A DNA stretch of 63,980 nt, counting the filler, from Dimargaris cristalligena (lineage: Eukaryota): the NCBI GenBank assembly GCA_003614675.1. It is 4 parts of 4 records of this genome, joined end to end, with 100 filler letters (N's around TTAATTAATTAA, not from the genome) between each part and the next. Parts side by side here need not be neighbours in the genome. Positions count along the whole stretch, not along the records: positions 32,472 to 48,548 come from ML002860.1; positions 48,649 to 63,980 come from ML002895.1; 2 more parts are not named here. One strand, given 5' to 3'. Below, one piece after another: positions 36,044-49,381 of this stretch. Each line of letters starts with the position of its first letter. Positions within the stretch are counted from its first letter, which is position 1. The notes under the pieces were generated by a model that was not told where the DNA came from, ran no database searches, and worked only from the letters and a program-made list of their open reading frames with translations. Position numbers and translations under genes: made by a program.

Positions 36044-39000
36044 AGTGAATTGGTTACTTTAGATCTCGGTATGGGCCAGGTGGGGTTCGGTTAGAGTGTC
36101 CGAGGGGGGAGAAACCGGTATGGCGGGGCGGAAGAAAATATTAAAGTTGGAATGCTGCAAATACTCAAGCAGGGTCCGACAGTAGGCTATACACGGAATA
36201 TGACTAGATTTTAGTGGTTGGGTGCAACAACTGTGTACCCAAGTAAGCACAGGGCGGCTAGGCACAGTACCAGAGCAAAGGGGGTGGGGCCTAGTGCGGC
36301 AGTCGAATGGGTAGCTGGGTGGGAGGTAGTAGCCCCAATTAATACCCAGAATAGCTGGGAAACGAAGTATTACGGGCAAGGAAACAGAAAGGTGTTAAAT
36401 TAATATTATAATCACTTAAGCAGTATAAGTATGCTTGGCTAACAGGTGAGACAATTTGAAAGTGATGGTGCGTGGGGAGATACAATGCAGTAGCTGAAAG
36501 TACCAGTAATGGGAGAAGCAAGAGGAACTGATGCAATATAATTAGGAAAGTAGTCGGAGCTGATTAAGAAGCTCGGTGCATAGGTAAGGCATAAGAAGAA
36601 AAAGCCGGGTTGTGAGCTAGAAGGAGGAGGGACTTGCGCTACTTTATAAAGGACTTTTGCGGTATGTCGATCTAGCTATATTGAGAAGGACAGGAAATCT
36701 ATGGCGACTAAAAGGAAAGTTCATCACGAACCGTTTCTCTAGATAAACTCCAACTTAGTGAACCTGGGAAGTCACTGAGGGCCAATGTGAAACACCTCGC
36801 AAAATAAGAGTGAAAAAAAAAGAAGACAAGGATACAGCAACGGGGCAGTGTGGGGTATCACCCCCCCTCCCATTTATACACTTCTCCTCCCCCCTCCCTT
36901 CACATTGCCTAGAAACCTCAACATGCCAAATCTTCACGGATGTAAAAACGCCTATTGTATCAAATTTGGGCGAATTACTCCCAAAGTCCGAACCCACCCC
37001 ACCCTCTCCTTAAAACGGTGGTGCGGTTCTTCGCCAGGATTGCCCTGGTCAGATTTCTAAGTGTGGTCAGGATGATAAGCGGCTAAACACATTGAACATG
37101 GGCTCAACATCATCGTCTGCTGAAGGATCGACCGCTGGCCAGTATTGCCACCATAATCATACGAGAAAAAGAATACTAAAGTAGGCGCCATATATTATAA
37201 TTATAATTATAACCAAAGGCATTATTACTTGGGAAGAGGTTGGGATCCATAAATGAGGCACCAGAAATCACAAGATTGGCAATTCGAGAAACCCCGGCTG
37301 TTCTTTAAATAAAGTAGCTGGCATCCCCCGGATCTCTGGTCTACCCACCGCGGAGTTAAGCATTTCGGATTGCCACATTATGGATGAGGTTCTAAACCCC
37401 GTCCCCACGCCAATTTCGGTTGATGGTAATATCCTAGTGGCAAACATCTTACCCGGCCAGATGCAACTATACTATTTAAGCAGAGTTTTTTTCCAACCAA
37501 TGATTTAATTATTGTACGGGTGCCGAAAGAGGTCAAGTACACACGATACTTGTCCTGTTCGAGGGACCTGGTCTATACTTTTCGGTAAGCACGACTTCTC
37601 ATATCTCCCTATTTAGAGGAACCGCCCTAGAGCCCCGTAGTAGTGACATATTTCCCACCAACTGCAGGTAACAACTCTAGGGGTTTCCAGCCGATGCATT
37701 CTCTGAGTAGGTCGCCTACCAGGGGTACATGTCCCAGATTCGACAGTTTTAGTGTACCGGTACTTGCCTTATAGGAATAAGATTTATATAAAGGTATTGT
37801 TTTTTATGTATCCACCGTGAGTTATTTTTCTAAACACGCACCTTCACCTTTGACCTAACCAGCAGGGTTCAACTCAGAAGAGGAATTGTCTTAACAAGCA
37901 GGGGATCGTGGGAGAAGATTTAAAGAGATATCCTTGTTCTGCATTCGTTCCCGTCGGAGTTGCAAAGTACGCCAGGTGAAACCGTCTAGAGAAGGTGCTG
38001 TCGGATCCTGGTGAACTAATAGACCACCGAATTCGCGAATATTCGTAGTGTATGAGAAGAGGTAGTCGGGGTTAGAAGAGAGTCTAAAGGATCGGCAAAT
38101 GGGTAATGGTATTCTAGTCAAAACAACTATACATAAAAGTACAATTCGATCACAACAGGCGTGAGTTTCCCTTCGTCTCATAAAAACACTTATGCCGAAC
38201 ATCGGGAAGGATTGTTAGTCAATATAACCGCCCAAGCTATTAGCCACCAATCAAGTCCACATTTTTGTCGGGAGAAATTCGACTAGTGTTTACGCATATT
38301 TATGGGAAATGAGGGAGTATTAATTATAATGCCATTTTATATTCACTCACCAGACTGACCATGCGAACAGGTTTTTTGACACGGCCATATTCCCTGCAAA
38401 ATTGTGGCCTAGAAAATAAGGGAACGGGACATTATCTGGCATAGTAATTCATTGGCAGAATGCTACAGAGTGTAAGACTATTCCCCGTAATACAGGTGTT
38501 TTATTCCCATGGGCTCATTGAGTGATGCGGCTGCCCCCTCTTTAACTTTGGGCAATGATTCTAATGTAAGTGTTACAAACCGAAATCGGACTTTAGCCAA
38601 CCATTAATAGGCCATTGGCTAATCTATATCTAATCCGTAGTCCAGCCAACTCACCAATAGTATACCAAGATAAGGAGCCCCTTCTCCCTCCCTCGCTCGA
38701 TAGCTAGAGTGGGATGGGTCGGTTTGGTCAGCACTTTGGTTTTTTTCTGCTCCCTCTTCAATCGATTAGGAGGGTGTATTACAGGTGACCCCTTCCGAGT
38801 GTGTTCATAATAGAATCGGCGGGCACCAGTGCCAACCCACTGTGTCATCTGATATTGGCAAATCCTTTGGGTTAATGGACAGTAGGTATGGTATTTTTAG
38901 GGGTATTGTTACCAATTGCAACCGGGGATTGAATTATAGCTTACTAACATGACGAAAGTGTCATCTAGTAAAAGCTACTAAGGTGTATCCGAGAATGTCG

Positions 39001-40410
39001 GAAGGATAATCAGCTAGATTAGCTAGTGCCGGGGGGAGATGCGTCCGCTTTATTGTTTTATCCATAAACTACATGAATATGTATATAGAACAATCATGGA
39101 TAATGGTTAGGGTAACTGTACCAGATGAAATAAAAGCCCCACCACCAACTTTGTATTATCTAAACTAGCGAAAGCTGAATGGACTGGTGGGGGGGGGGAG
39201 AAATAAGTCACTTAGACGGATTGTTTGTAGCGAATTTAGGTGCACTATCGTCCCAATCCTCCCCATCGTAAAGTCAATCCGTAAGCCAGACTACCCTTTC
39301 TGTGGATTTGTTTTGGTAATCACCATGCGGTCTGGGCCAATTCGCACAATACCGGTGAAACACTGAACTCTGACGCATCTGGGGTTAGGTTATATCAGCG
39401 TTGGGGCCGTTGGGATTAACTAACCACCGCTAACTCTAAAATGCCGACCCAGCCGATTACGCCAAAATCACTATTTGATTCCTTTAAACCTGGTAGTCGA
39501 GGCATACTGCCGCTTCTGGCCTGAATTATAATACAGGCAACCGGGAAGCTCTAACAAATGGTCCAGTGCATTAAAGTTGTGCGACTGGGACTACAAATTA
39601 CCCGATCAGTTCAGGCGTTGCCTCTAGATACTCCGCATTTCAGGGGTCCGACTGACCTATGATTTGGCATTTTTTTATATGATATTTTTTTTGGCGGGGT
39701 AGGCGTTCCCTCCACCCCCCCCTCTTTTAATCCCTTCGTCCGGTTCCCACACTTTGAAACATACACACCTATACCCACCACAGTACTGCCACTCCCTGAT
39801 TCAGAAAATGAGATATTAGTTACACACATGGCTGGTAATTAGGGCAAGATGCGATGGTGTCGATCCTCTCAAAGAGGAGAAACGTTTCTAGTGGTACTTG
39901 GGCACTTTAACGTAGCGACCAGTGAGTTTACAGCTGCCAAATCAGACTGAGGGGGATGTCAGCGATGCCATTTCTCCAGTCGAATTTCCAATTAAAGTCC
40001 GACTATAGACTGGTGATGGTACCGGACACTGTTGTTCAGTCAGTGAGAGCAGAGGACCGAAAGAAAAAATATAACAGCACCCCCCACCATCACACTCCCG
40101 TTTAAAGTGCTGGGCAAGTTTGATGACATTCAACACTAGCGGAGGAACCGAGTGGCTAATTCAAGTGTGTTAGTGTGAACGAAACTGGTAATCTTACTCA
40201 ACTTACCCATCAACTAAATAAGTGTGGGGCCTGATTTGTGACGCTGTGTAGCACTTAGCATCGCTTGTATATAGTAGCAATCATGCTGAGTTTTTCTCCC
40301 CTACAGTGTAAAGGGTGGCCGGGTGGGAAGAATACCATGCACCATGGTATCGTGGCGTGGCGTTTAGCCCAATGTGGAGAATTAAAGGTCAGCAAAACAA
40401 CTTAATAGAA

Positions 40411-40455
40411 GCTTGTGGGTCAAATATATATATATTTATATTTGACCCACGAAGC
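40411..40455. repeat. Short perfect inverted repeat (14-bp arms) around an AT core
   Basis: gtgggtcaaatata (40415-40428) pairs with tatatttgacccac (40437-40450). gctt/aagc extends the stem with a 1-nt bulge. Confidence 0.8.
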
Positions 40456-41547
40456 CAACTTGCGCATTTTTAAAAAACTAAATACGGGGAAAACATTTTA
40501 TAACCTGGGTTGTAAAAAAATTAGAAATGTTGGCTGAAAGGTGAAACGTGAGTGTGGTAGAATACCCCCACCAATATGGGAGGCACCATCAAAAAAGGGC
40601 TAATATTTTTGCCGGAGAACCTTGGCTAAAGTTCTTCTATCCGACTCAACACTCTATGGTACATCATTATTTAGCTGTTGGCGGAGTTGAAATTTAAAGA
40701 TCTACCAATTTACGGTAACCCCACCTCGCCCAACAAAAAAAAAGGCTACGGTAATATAATGGGGAAGGGGGGGGGGTGGCTACAAAAGCAGTGTATTGGA
40801 GGTTTTTTTAAAAAAAATTGAAATCAATGGCTACGTCCTACCACTCAAAATGCCCAGCTTTATCCATCTGTCAGTGATTTGTATATTGTAGTCGTTGGAA
40901 TCATAGCTTAAATTGGACGATGGGATCTGTAGGGGTGTACTATAACATATAAAGGGCTATGTACTCTTCAGCTTCTCGGGCAAATAATCGTCGAGACTAT
41001 ATTATACATAAACAACCGGCAATTATTATTAGCTGGTATTTTGGCACGATTTACGGGTATTGTTCCTGGTGGTAAAAATCCTCTTAATGAGGTGGATACT
41101 TGCCTTTCTTCATACATTGTTTTCCAATATCTAAAGTCATTCATTATTCTGGAATGCTTCAAAGCTTGATAGCTTAGCCCTCAGTGACCTTGGTCCTGTC
41201 ATAGCATAGCTGTTGGATTGCAATACGATTAGAATTGCTTGACAATGCGTGCTCAAACCCAACCGACAAGAACCACACCTTCGTTCACAGTAGCTATGGG
41301 GTGGATGCTTAACATGAAATAACACAAGTCTGACCAAATTCTAGCATATTCCCTGCTGGGCTCATCCGTCAGTTACGAATCATATACAGAACCATGTACA
41401 GTTCTTAAGAGTTGTCGTCGGGGAGAAGACAAATAAAACATGGTGTAGTTTGTGATCCAAATAATTGGTGTAATGGCCCGTGCATATAAAAGACGGGTGC
41501 CTACTAAAATATCGACCTGCAGTGGTTTATTGGACATCGTCAGCTAG

Positions 41548-42300
41548 TCAGAGGGTTAAATAAAAACAGATATCCAACAAATAAAAGGCAGTCATGTCAT
41601 TCAAACTACCCCGCTTTAGTTTAATATAATACACCTCGTTACCTCCACCTTGATTTCGCTGTAGCCATTCGTTACTGGTGTATACTTGGACATGTTCATG
41701 TTCAGTGACTAAAGCCAAATATTCATATTTCTCATCTGGCCTGGGCAATGATGATGCTTTTCTAAGCAGTATGCCGTCTGGTTTCTTACAATTGTAAAGC
41801 TGGAAGGCCATTTTCAATCTCCGGGTCGCTCGGATTACATGTTTGACGTCAATTACGGGAGTATCGTGCCTTAGGTAGGCACTGGGGTGGATAATAGTGC
41901 GGAATGTACTTCTCAAGTAGGACATACCATGCCGTGAATATTCTTTCACGGTTGGGTTGGTCAGATCCCGACACTGTTCGCTCTCCGAGTATCTATCGCG
42001 ATTACTGGATTTCCCCAGCGAGCCCGTTACGAGTCTACCACTTTGACTACTAATATCGGTAGTGTAAGGGAAGACATCGTCATCGTCATCATCTGGGAAA
42101 AGGGGGGAGATGTCATCTTGAGGGGGATTATCAGTATTCTGTTGTGGGCTCGGGACTTTGGCGAATACTTCAGGCTTAGGGTCATTGATTTTGGGAGCAT
42201 TGTCAGCCTCATTGGGGAAGCTCATAGCCAATGCCCAAAGAGGTACGACAATTGCACTCCCAAAGACAATGTAGGCGAGTAGGCCGTGTGATACTCTCAT
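41548..42300 (-). CDS. Hypothetical secreted or membrane-anchored protein, 250 aa
   Basis: ATG-initiated ORF in an otherwise ORF-poor region. Hydrophobic N-terminus (GLLAYIVFGSAIVVPLWALA), an acidic Pro/Asp linker, then a globular-looking domain. No family recognised. Confidence 0.65.
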   Translation of the reverse strand: MRVSHGLLAYIVFGSAIVVPLWALAMSFPNEADNAPKINDPKPEVFAKVPSPQQNTDNPPQDDISPLFPDDDDDDVFPYTTDISSQSGRLVTGSLGKSSNRDRYSESEQCRDLTNPTVKEYSRHGMSYLRSTFRTIIHPSAYLRHDTPVIDVKHVIRATRRLKMAFQLYNCKKPDGILLRKASSLPRPDEKYEYLALVTEHEHVQVYTSNEWLQRNQGGGNEVYYIKLKRGSLNDMTAFYLLDICFYLTL

Positions 42301-43468
42301 TTCGGTAAAAGGTTTAGTGGTGATAACTATTATTAAAAGGGCACACTGGTCGTATTGGTTAGCTTATGGGCAAAAATATAGTATTATCGGATACTAGGAT
42401 AACGAAAACACGGACGAGCAGTGTTTGGACAAAAACATACATATTGCGCTATAGGGGGGCGGTGATAGTGTTCGTATTTATATACTCGCTTATTTTCAAA
42501 ATCTGCTTTAATAATTTGGACAGCGGGGCCGGGGGAGCTCACTCGTTGACCGACGTTCCCCCTACTTTGGACAAATGAGTCGGTTGAATCATTTGATGAG
42601 GAATGTTTTGTTGTGTTCACATTGGTGTTCGTACACCGTGAAGCCTAACTATGGATTAGTGTACGACGGCACTCCTTGCGACTACCGCATTTCCATTGGG
42701 ATGTCATCGCAGAGATAAACTTGGCGGCTTTGTTTTCAGTTTGGGGCTGCGCTCAAAAAGATAGTATTACAATTCAGTTTTTTTTTCAAAGAAAAATGCA
42801 GTGTGACTCGTATGTGCAGCGGCGTGGACTAAATTTGTCACCGATATCTAGTGGTCGACAGTCCACTGTCTGTAAATATTAATCGGACCTCTTCTTCTGG
42901 GGCGTGTTATTAAAATTTTCGACAAGGTGGTGTGCCAAAACTATCGGTTACACCTTGGCGTGTATCATATTGTCGCTAGGTCCAAAGGCGGGGGCCAATG
43001 TGCTTCAATTGACGGTTCTATTAAAAGTGGTGTAATCCCAAACGGTGACACTTAAATGTTGAGGGGGCTAATTCTAGCCAGTCTCTAGTCTTCCGATATG
43101 GCCATTGGGGCTGTCTGTATTCCATCACTATGGGGGCCTAGCCATCCCGCCGTTTATCATTTTTGTTCTCAAAACGAGGGCTGTGGGTTGACCAGAGGGG
43201 ATGGGAGTACCACTTTTTAAAGGGGCTATCGAGATGATCTCTGGACAGGCCCTAGCCCCGCACCCTTGTTTGATTATACACTGGTGATCCAATATCGAAA
43301 ATCCGAAGGACTGGTGGCGAATACAGGCCCCTAATGGTTATATTCATGACCCAGTAGGTCGAATTGGGGGCTAGAATGGTAGCGTTACAATGTCGGGTAT
43401 TGATAATAGAGGGTTTATTAGATTTATAGGCAGGGGGATTAGGGGGAGACTTCAAGCGGTCCAGACAC

Positions 43469-44334
43469 TTAATGACCCAATTCCCCTTTAGTTAGCCGAG
43501 GTAGAACTGGGATGATTTGGTTGTTGTTACGCGACAGTACAGACACATAGGTCCCGGGAGTGGTGGCCTGGGCTTGGTTCAGAAGCTGACTGGCTTCCTG
43601 GCGTAAAGCCGTCTCTTCATTGTGTTTCCGTAAGATCTGATGAGGGAGGATGATATGGTAGTCGAGGTTGGGTATGGTAATTAGATTTGGGAACTCAAGG
43701 GTATCGTATTATTGCGGCAGATCTAGGACATATGTTAACACTTCCAAGGTGGCAGGTACACGATAGGGGGACTTACATTGAGATGGGCCTTTGACGATTC
43801 GATAGGGGGTGAGCGGATAGGTGGGGAAAACGGGCCGGGGTTTTGACTAGCCAGGCCGGTATATTCCACACGGCCTAACGGAGTGGGGCGGTGAGGGCCA
43901 CCGGGGTGGCGACTAAGCATCGGGTTAGCGAGGCCTGTCGGGCGGTGGCCCTGCGAAGGGGGTAAGGGGCCGCCGGGGAGTTGAGGACGGCGGGCATAAG
44001 GACCGGGAGGGCCAGCACCTGGGCCATTACCGAGGGACTGCCGGTGTGGGGGATGCTCACTCCGGTTGGGGGAGCGTGAGGGGTGGAGGCCGTGGCCGCG
44101 ACGGGGCGACCGATCCCGACCAGCCATGGACGAGTTGGCAGGGTTGGTGGGTAGTGGCTGGCGGGGATGGCGGTAGTTGTCGTTGGTGGAAGGGGCCATG
44201 GGGCCGGCGGGGGCAGGCCGCGAGGGGCTGTTGTGCATTGAACCGCTTCGACCCCGGCCGCGGCCGGACCGGTACTCGGTGGGAGAGCGGTCGTGGGCCG
44301 AATTGTTTTGGTTGTGACTGTGGCTTCGATACAT
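43469..44334 (-). CDS. Hypothetical Pro/Arg/Ser-rich protein. Exons 44334-43777 and 43636-43469
   Basis: GC-rich ORF from ATG 44334 (MYRSHSH...) with RSP motifs. Donor GTAAGT at 43776 and acceptor tcctccctcatcag join in frame to ILRKHNEETALRQEASQLLNQAQ. The 3' end is uncertain. Divergent from the CCDC6-like gene. Confidence 0.6.
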
Positions 44335-45174
44335 GTGAATGCCACCGGCGAGAGGTGAGGTATAAGAAAGGAATAGAAAAGGCGGGGAGTAGGAAAAAAG
44401 GTTGTGTGTAATAGAAATAGGAGGAGGAGGGGCCAATAGAATGTCTGACCTTCAAAAGACAAACCAAAGTGAATGGCGCTTATTCTAAAGAGAGTGGGGG
44501 ACTTCCGAAGTGGAAGGGCAGCTCATTAGGTGGAATACACAAAGGGAAAAGAGTATCAACGGATATTTTATCTCTTGCGGTTATCAGTGTTCTTGTAAAA
44601 GCCACTAACGGAAAAGAATCAAGCCTTGGAAAGTGTAGACTGGTGGGATTCCTATTCCCCTGCTTATTGTGGCAACGGCGCATATACAGTATATAGCAGG
44701 TAGCATATAGCATATAGCGTATATGCCCCATCCACAAATATACTACTGCAACAGTGGGAAGGAGGGAGGAGGGATCACGGCTGGCGCAGCGGAGAGAGGG
44801 GCGTCATCGTTTCTGGGACTTAGTGGTCTTCCTTCCTCCGCCGCCCATTGAGGTGGGTCCCGTTTTTTAGGTGTACACCCTGTTTCCCTTTTTCCCTGGC
44901 CCATTTCCTCGTTTTCGTCCCTCCTCCTCCTTCGTTTGCAAACCCCGCTTTTAGCTTCGTTGACGAGCCCACTAACTCCGCCTCCCCTACTCTTAGACCC
45001 CGTTTATAACCTTTCGGGATCCCCTCCTTCCCTTCTTTACTCAACTCGTCGACTTCTCTACCCGTACCCTTTATCCGTCACTGTTTTCCCGAACACCCGC
45101 CTCCTCGGCCCGGCCCGACCCGAACCCTCCCGATTCCCGAACGTGCTTCGTCACCTTCTGAATTAGCCCCACCA

Positions 45175-47135
45175 ATGTCCAGCGATAGCCCGCTAGTAAG
45201 TGTTCGCCTTCCACCATGTTTCAGCTACTCGCTCCCAAGGCACTGTGCCTCTTCCTCATTTCTTGAAAGCCCGTTGCCAAGGGTAGTGTTCGTAGATACC
45301 CCCCCTTCTCGACTTTGCTTTGTTTTGGCAGCGGCCGACGGGTTGGATAGACCCACCTAGGCCCTCCTCCCATTCGCAGGCTACATCTCGACTCACCCAA
45401 CCAACTCTCTGGCCTTATACACTCCTGTTCAGTTCACTAACTGCCTCCTGCTTCTATGTTAACCATCTAATCCGCTGCATTTCACCAACATTTGCTATCG
45501 TGTCACCCTAGAGTGATCAAAAAATGGCCTCCTCGACCACCAAACCCATCAAAATCACCCAGCCCACCCTGTCCCTCGAAAGCCTGCCTGATCCCCTGGA
45601 GTAAGTACGCCCACTTCATCATTAATCATCCACCCTCGAATGGGGGTGGAGCCGTCCCCGGCATCCGTACCCTACTTACCACCCCATACGTCATATTCGC
45701 GGGGTAATAACCTGCGTTTTTCGCCTTCAATGTACCTTGCCCTGTGACCCTCCCCCATGTAGTCCTGCCGTCAATGTCGATGAGCTGCGCAAGGCCCTTA
45801 GTCTGGCCATCGACATTGCCCAGAGCAAAACCCAGAGTGTGGCGAAGCTCCAGCAGGAAGTGGACTACGAACGCGGCCAGGTCAAAATCCTGCGCCACGA
45901 TATCCAAAAACTGCGCAAACAAGCGGTTGAGCTGGTAAGTTATTTGGAAAGTTTGGAAATTTACGACCCTGATAGTTTAATAGACTTCGACTTAGTATAC
46001 CCCCAATATCACGAGCATCTTTGGTTATTCGTAATAATCGCCGGTGGTGTATAATATACTCTTTGATCTCCCCTCGGGGCATTCATCCCCCCCCCCCTCG
46101 TCTCCTTCATTAGCAAGTAACCGCCGAAACCGAGGAAGAATTCATCTCCAATACCCTCCTCAAGCGTATCTCGGATATGAAAAAGGAAAAGAACGACCTG
46201 ATGATTGAAGTGGAGCGTGAGGAGGAATATCTCACCAACACTCTTCAGAAGAAACTGACCCAGCTCCAGAAGGAGAAAATCGACTTGGAAAACGCCCTAG
46301 AGCAGGAGCAGGAGCGTCTTGTCAACCAGCTCCAACGACAGCTCGATTTGACTCGCACCCAGTCCCCCTCGAGCGCCGGAGTCTCGATTGCCAGCAGCCC
46401 CGCCAGCTCCCTCGGCATCCCCCTTTCCTCGCCCTCGCCCCATAAGCGCCGCCCCAGCCACTCCTTCCTGGGAGGCGACTCCATGTTGCCAACCAATAGC
46501 CTGGTGGAGATGTTGAAGTCCGACGTCAACTCCCTGCGTATCAAGGTCACCGACCTTGAAAAGGAACTCATTTCCACCTACAACCAGTCCCAGGTCTACA
46601 AGCACGAGGTCATCCAACTCCGCCAAAAACTCGGCCTGCCTATTGCTCATCTCCAGGATGACGATGTAACGCCGAATGTGGTCCGCCTTTTGTTCCCCGA
46701 CCGCCCGGTGCGGGCCCGCCGCTCCATGTCGTCGTCCCAGTCCGACTCGCCCTTCTTCCCGGCCCATCCCAGCATGTTCCAGCCCGAACCGACCGGTCGG
46801 TCCTTTGGCCGTTATTCAGACACTATGCGCCGCACCTCGGATATCGGCGTCTTTCAAAGACACGGAGGTAAGCACTAACCCGGTCCCTCGTCCCATTGTT
46901 CGGATATATTTAGTGTGCATACATTCGCTTGTGGTTCGAACTTATCCTAACGATTAAATGCTAATACGGTTGTTATTCCTAATCCCTGGTATTTTCTCTT
47001 ATTTCATTATGCCTATCCTCGCTCAAAATAGGTCCCGATTTCGCTCTCCACAACCCCTTCGAAACCGGCAGTAGCTACCGCAACGTTCCCAGTTCCGCCC
47101 CTCCGTCCAATAGCCGTGCCCCCAAGAAGACCTAA
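45175..47135 (+). CDS. CCDC6: Coiled-coil protein of the CCDC6/H4 (DUF2046) family. Exons 45175-45195, 45512-45600, 45763-45934, 46114-46867, 47032-47135
   Basis: Signature repeats AETEEEFISNTLLKRI..MKKEK, EREEEYLTNTLQKKL.QLQKEK and LENALEQEQERLVNQL. All four introns are GTAAG...AG and keep frame. Confidence 0.85.
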
Positions 47136-48548
47136 GTCCTCCTAACTGGGTTTCCACTTTCTCATTGCTGGCTGAGACTCTTCCGCCTTCTCGTTTGTAA
47201 TTTTCCGCTTCTCCCGATCCCTTCCATAGTACCTTGCCCATTCATCGCTGTGTTTTATTTCATCCCCCCCCCTTATATCATTATCCCCCATTCCATTAAT
47301 CCTTCACGCCAGACACGACTTCTTCGCCTGTCTATCCGTGGCTTCGTCGCATACTTCTTTATATTATTATTACCCAAGCGGTAGCTACTTTTTTGTAGGC
47401 GTGCCTGTCAATCATTACATTCATTTTTTTTTTCAAAGTAGTTGAAGTTGCCTAGCCGGCGACTGTCTCTTATTTAGGGTAGGGGGCCCTCTTTTTCCGA
47501 CTGTTCGATATCTGAGAAATTCAACACAATTATATCCAAGAATTTGTAATGGAATACGTGGAAAAGCCAATGGATTATATACATTTTTTTTTTAAAAAAA
47601 AATAGTCAAATCCGGCCTAGCAGTTGAGTTTTTTATTACACGCCCGGACTGGGCTTCTCTCTGATCTATTTCAACTTGTTGTCACCGAATATGGATTTTA
47701 AGAATAGTGGAATGTATTTTCATCCGAACGTAACGGGTTCATTATAATCAATTATTTTTGACGAGGTATTGGTTGTGAACACTTGGTGTGGTTTGAGGTG
47801 CACTAAGCTAAGCTTGCTCGCGTAGAAATAGTTGGTGCCGGAGTCAAATTTCCTTATACACAAATAGGTTCCAGGTATTTTCTCTAGACCTACTGTCACA
47901 TTCAAGAAGGTTCAATTGGTTTGATAGTGTCTAAGGGATTAATGTGAATGCAGCCATATTTATTCCTCTATTGATGACTAACGACCGCTCCTGGGTGCCG
48001 CTATTTTTTGATGGTCGTCGCCATGTGACCCCCACAGCTAACACGAGGCCTGACCAATATAGAGCTGTTCATATATTTAATGGACTTGACGGACTACTAT
48101 TATAGGAGGGGGGGTGCCCTGTTGGAATAGATTTAAGGAAACCGCATAAATTATGGTCATTTGGCGTTTATTTGGCAGAGGAAGGTGGGACAGCAGGTTG
48201 CTGGCTTTGTTGGTATTGGTAGAGCAGTAGTTGCCTACACCCCACACCCATAACTCCGCTTGGGTTCCGTCTCGCGGTTACTATATGTGCGTGGGGTCTA
48301 CCCATGGGCATTTCCTAAACAACGACAAGAGCTCCGCGCTCTTTCCAACTCACTATTACTCTTGCTTTACTCTGTTGTGACAGGTACTGAACACCCTTAA
48401 GCTTTGGTGATGTCACCGATGATGTACCTAACGTCCATTAATCAAATTACTACCGTTTTACTATATTTAGCTTAGTTTATCAATTGCAATGTCATATCAT
48501 AGCTATATCCATTTATCACCTTCTATATCATAGTTATATTTCGTTTAT

Positions 48549-48648
48549 NNNNNNNNNNNNNNNNNNNNNNNNNNNNNNNNNNNNNNNNNNNNTTAATTAA
48601 TTAANNNNNNNNNNNNNNNNNNNNNNNNNNNNNNNNNNNNNNNNNNNN
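48549..48648. other. Assembly gap linker N44-TTAATTAATTAA-N44
   Basis: Same construct as at 16156. Confidence 0.97.
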
Positions 48649-48879
48649 GTGGTGATAAACTCTTCCCCTCCCTCATGTCGCCGCGCCTCTCCCCTATTAT
48701 CACTGACTCCTTCCCCATTCCACACCACGCACATGACACCCTATATCTCTCTATATGAGACTGCTAAATTTTTCTTATAAAGGTAGCTTCGCTCAGCCTA
48801 CCCGTTACTGGTTTGCCGCCTGTTTTTTTATAATCCGGTTCCTCTTTTGAACCTCCTTTTCCCTATTAGTCTGCCTTTT

Positions 48880-48916
<37 letters not shown>

Positions 48917-49313
48917 TTAAAAAAATCCTTTGACTTATTTACCATGCTACGTCACCGCGTCCACTGGGCCCCCCGTACTTGGAAGACCCCCCTTTCCGCC
49001 GCCAGAGCCACAGCGCCGGCGCTCCCCACCCAGCGCCTCGCCTGGCTGCCCGCCTCGCAGCAGCCCCCGCGGTCCCGCCGATACTCCACGGCCTCCCACC
49101 CCGCCGCCCTACCGACTGAGACCCTCTCGCCTTCGCCTCCCACCCAACAGGGCCCTCCGTCGTCGCGCACCACCCTGTCCTTTTCCATCACGGACCGGGT
49201 GGGTGTATTGGACGAATGTCTAGCCGCCCTGCGCAATCGGGCCATCTCCCTCACCCGCATCGAATCCCGACCCAGTCGCACCCCGGATTGGGACTACGAC
49301 TTTTACGTGGACT
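48649..49313 (+). repeat. 665-bp direct duplicate of 51701-52365 (PAH promoter and first ~123 codons)
   Basis: Sequence reads identically at a constant offset of 3052, including the length of the TA tract. ORF pairs 48930/51982, 48944/51996 and 48952/52004 match. Confidence 0.95.
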
Positions 49314-49330
49314 GGGGAAGGAGTCAGTGA
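48944..49330 (+). pseudogene. Truncated PAH copy (presequence plus partial ACT domain), possibly an artefact
   Basis: Identical to PAH up to ...DYDFYVD, then runs into inverted promoter sequence and ends WGRSQ-stop. Confidence 0.6.
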
Positions 49331-49381
49331 TAATAGGGGAGAGGCGCGGCGACATGAGGGAGGGGAAGAGTTTATCACCAC
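49313..49381 (-). repeat. 69-bp inverted copy of 48649-48717 (equivalent to 51701-51769)
   Basis: tggggaaggagtcagtgataatagggg...gagtttatcaccac is the exact reverse complement of gtggtgataaactc...gactccttcccca. Confidence 0.95.
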
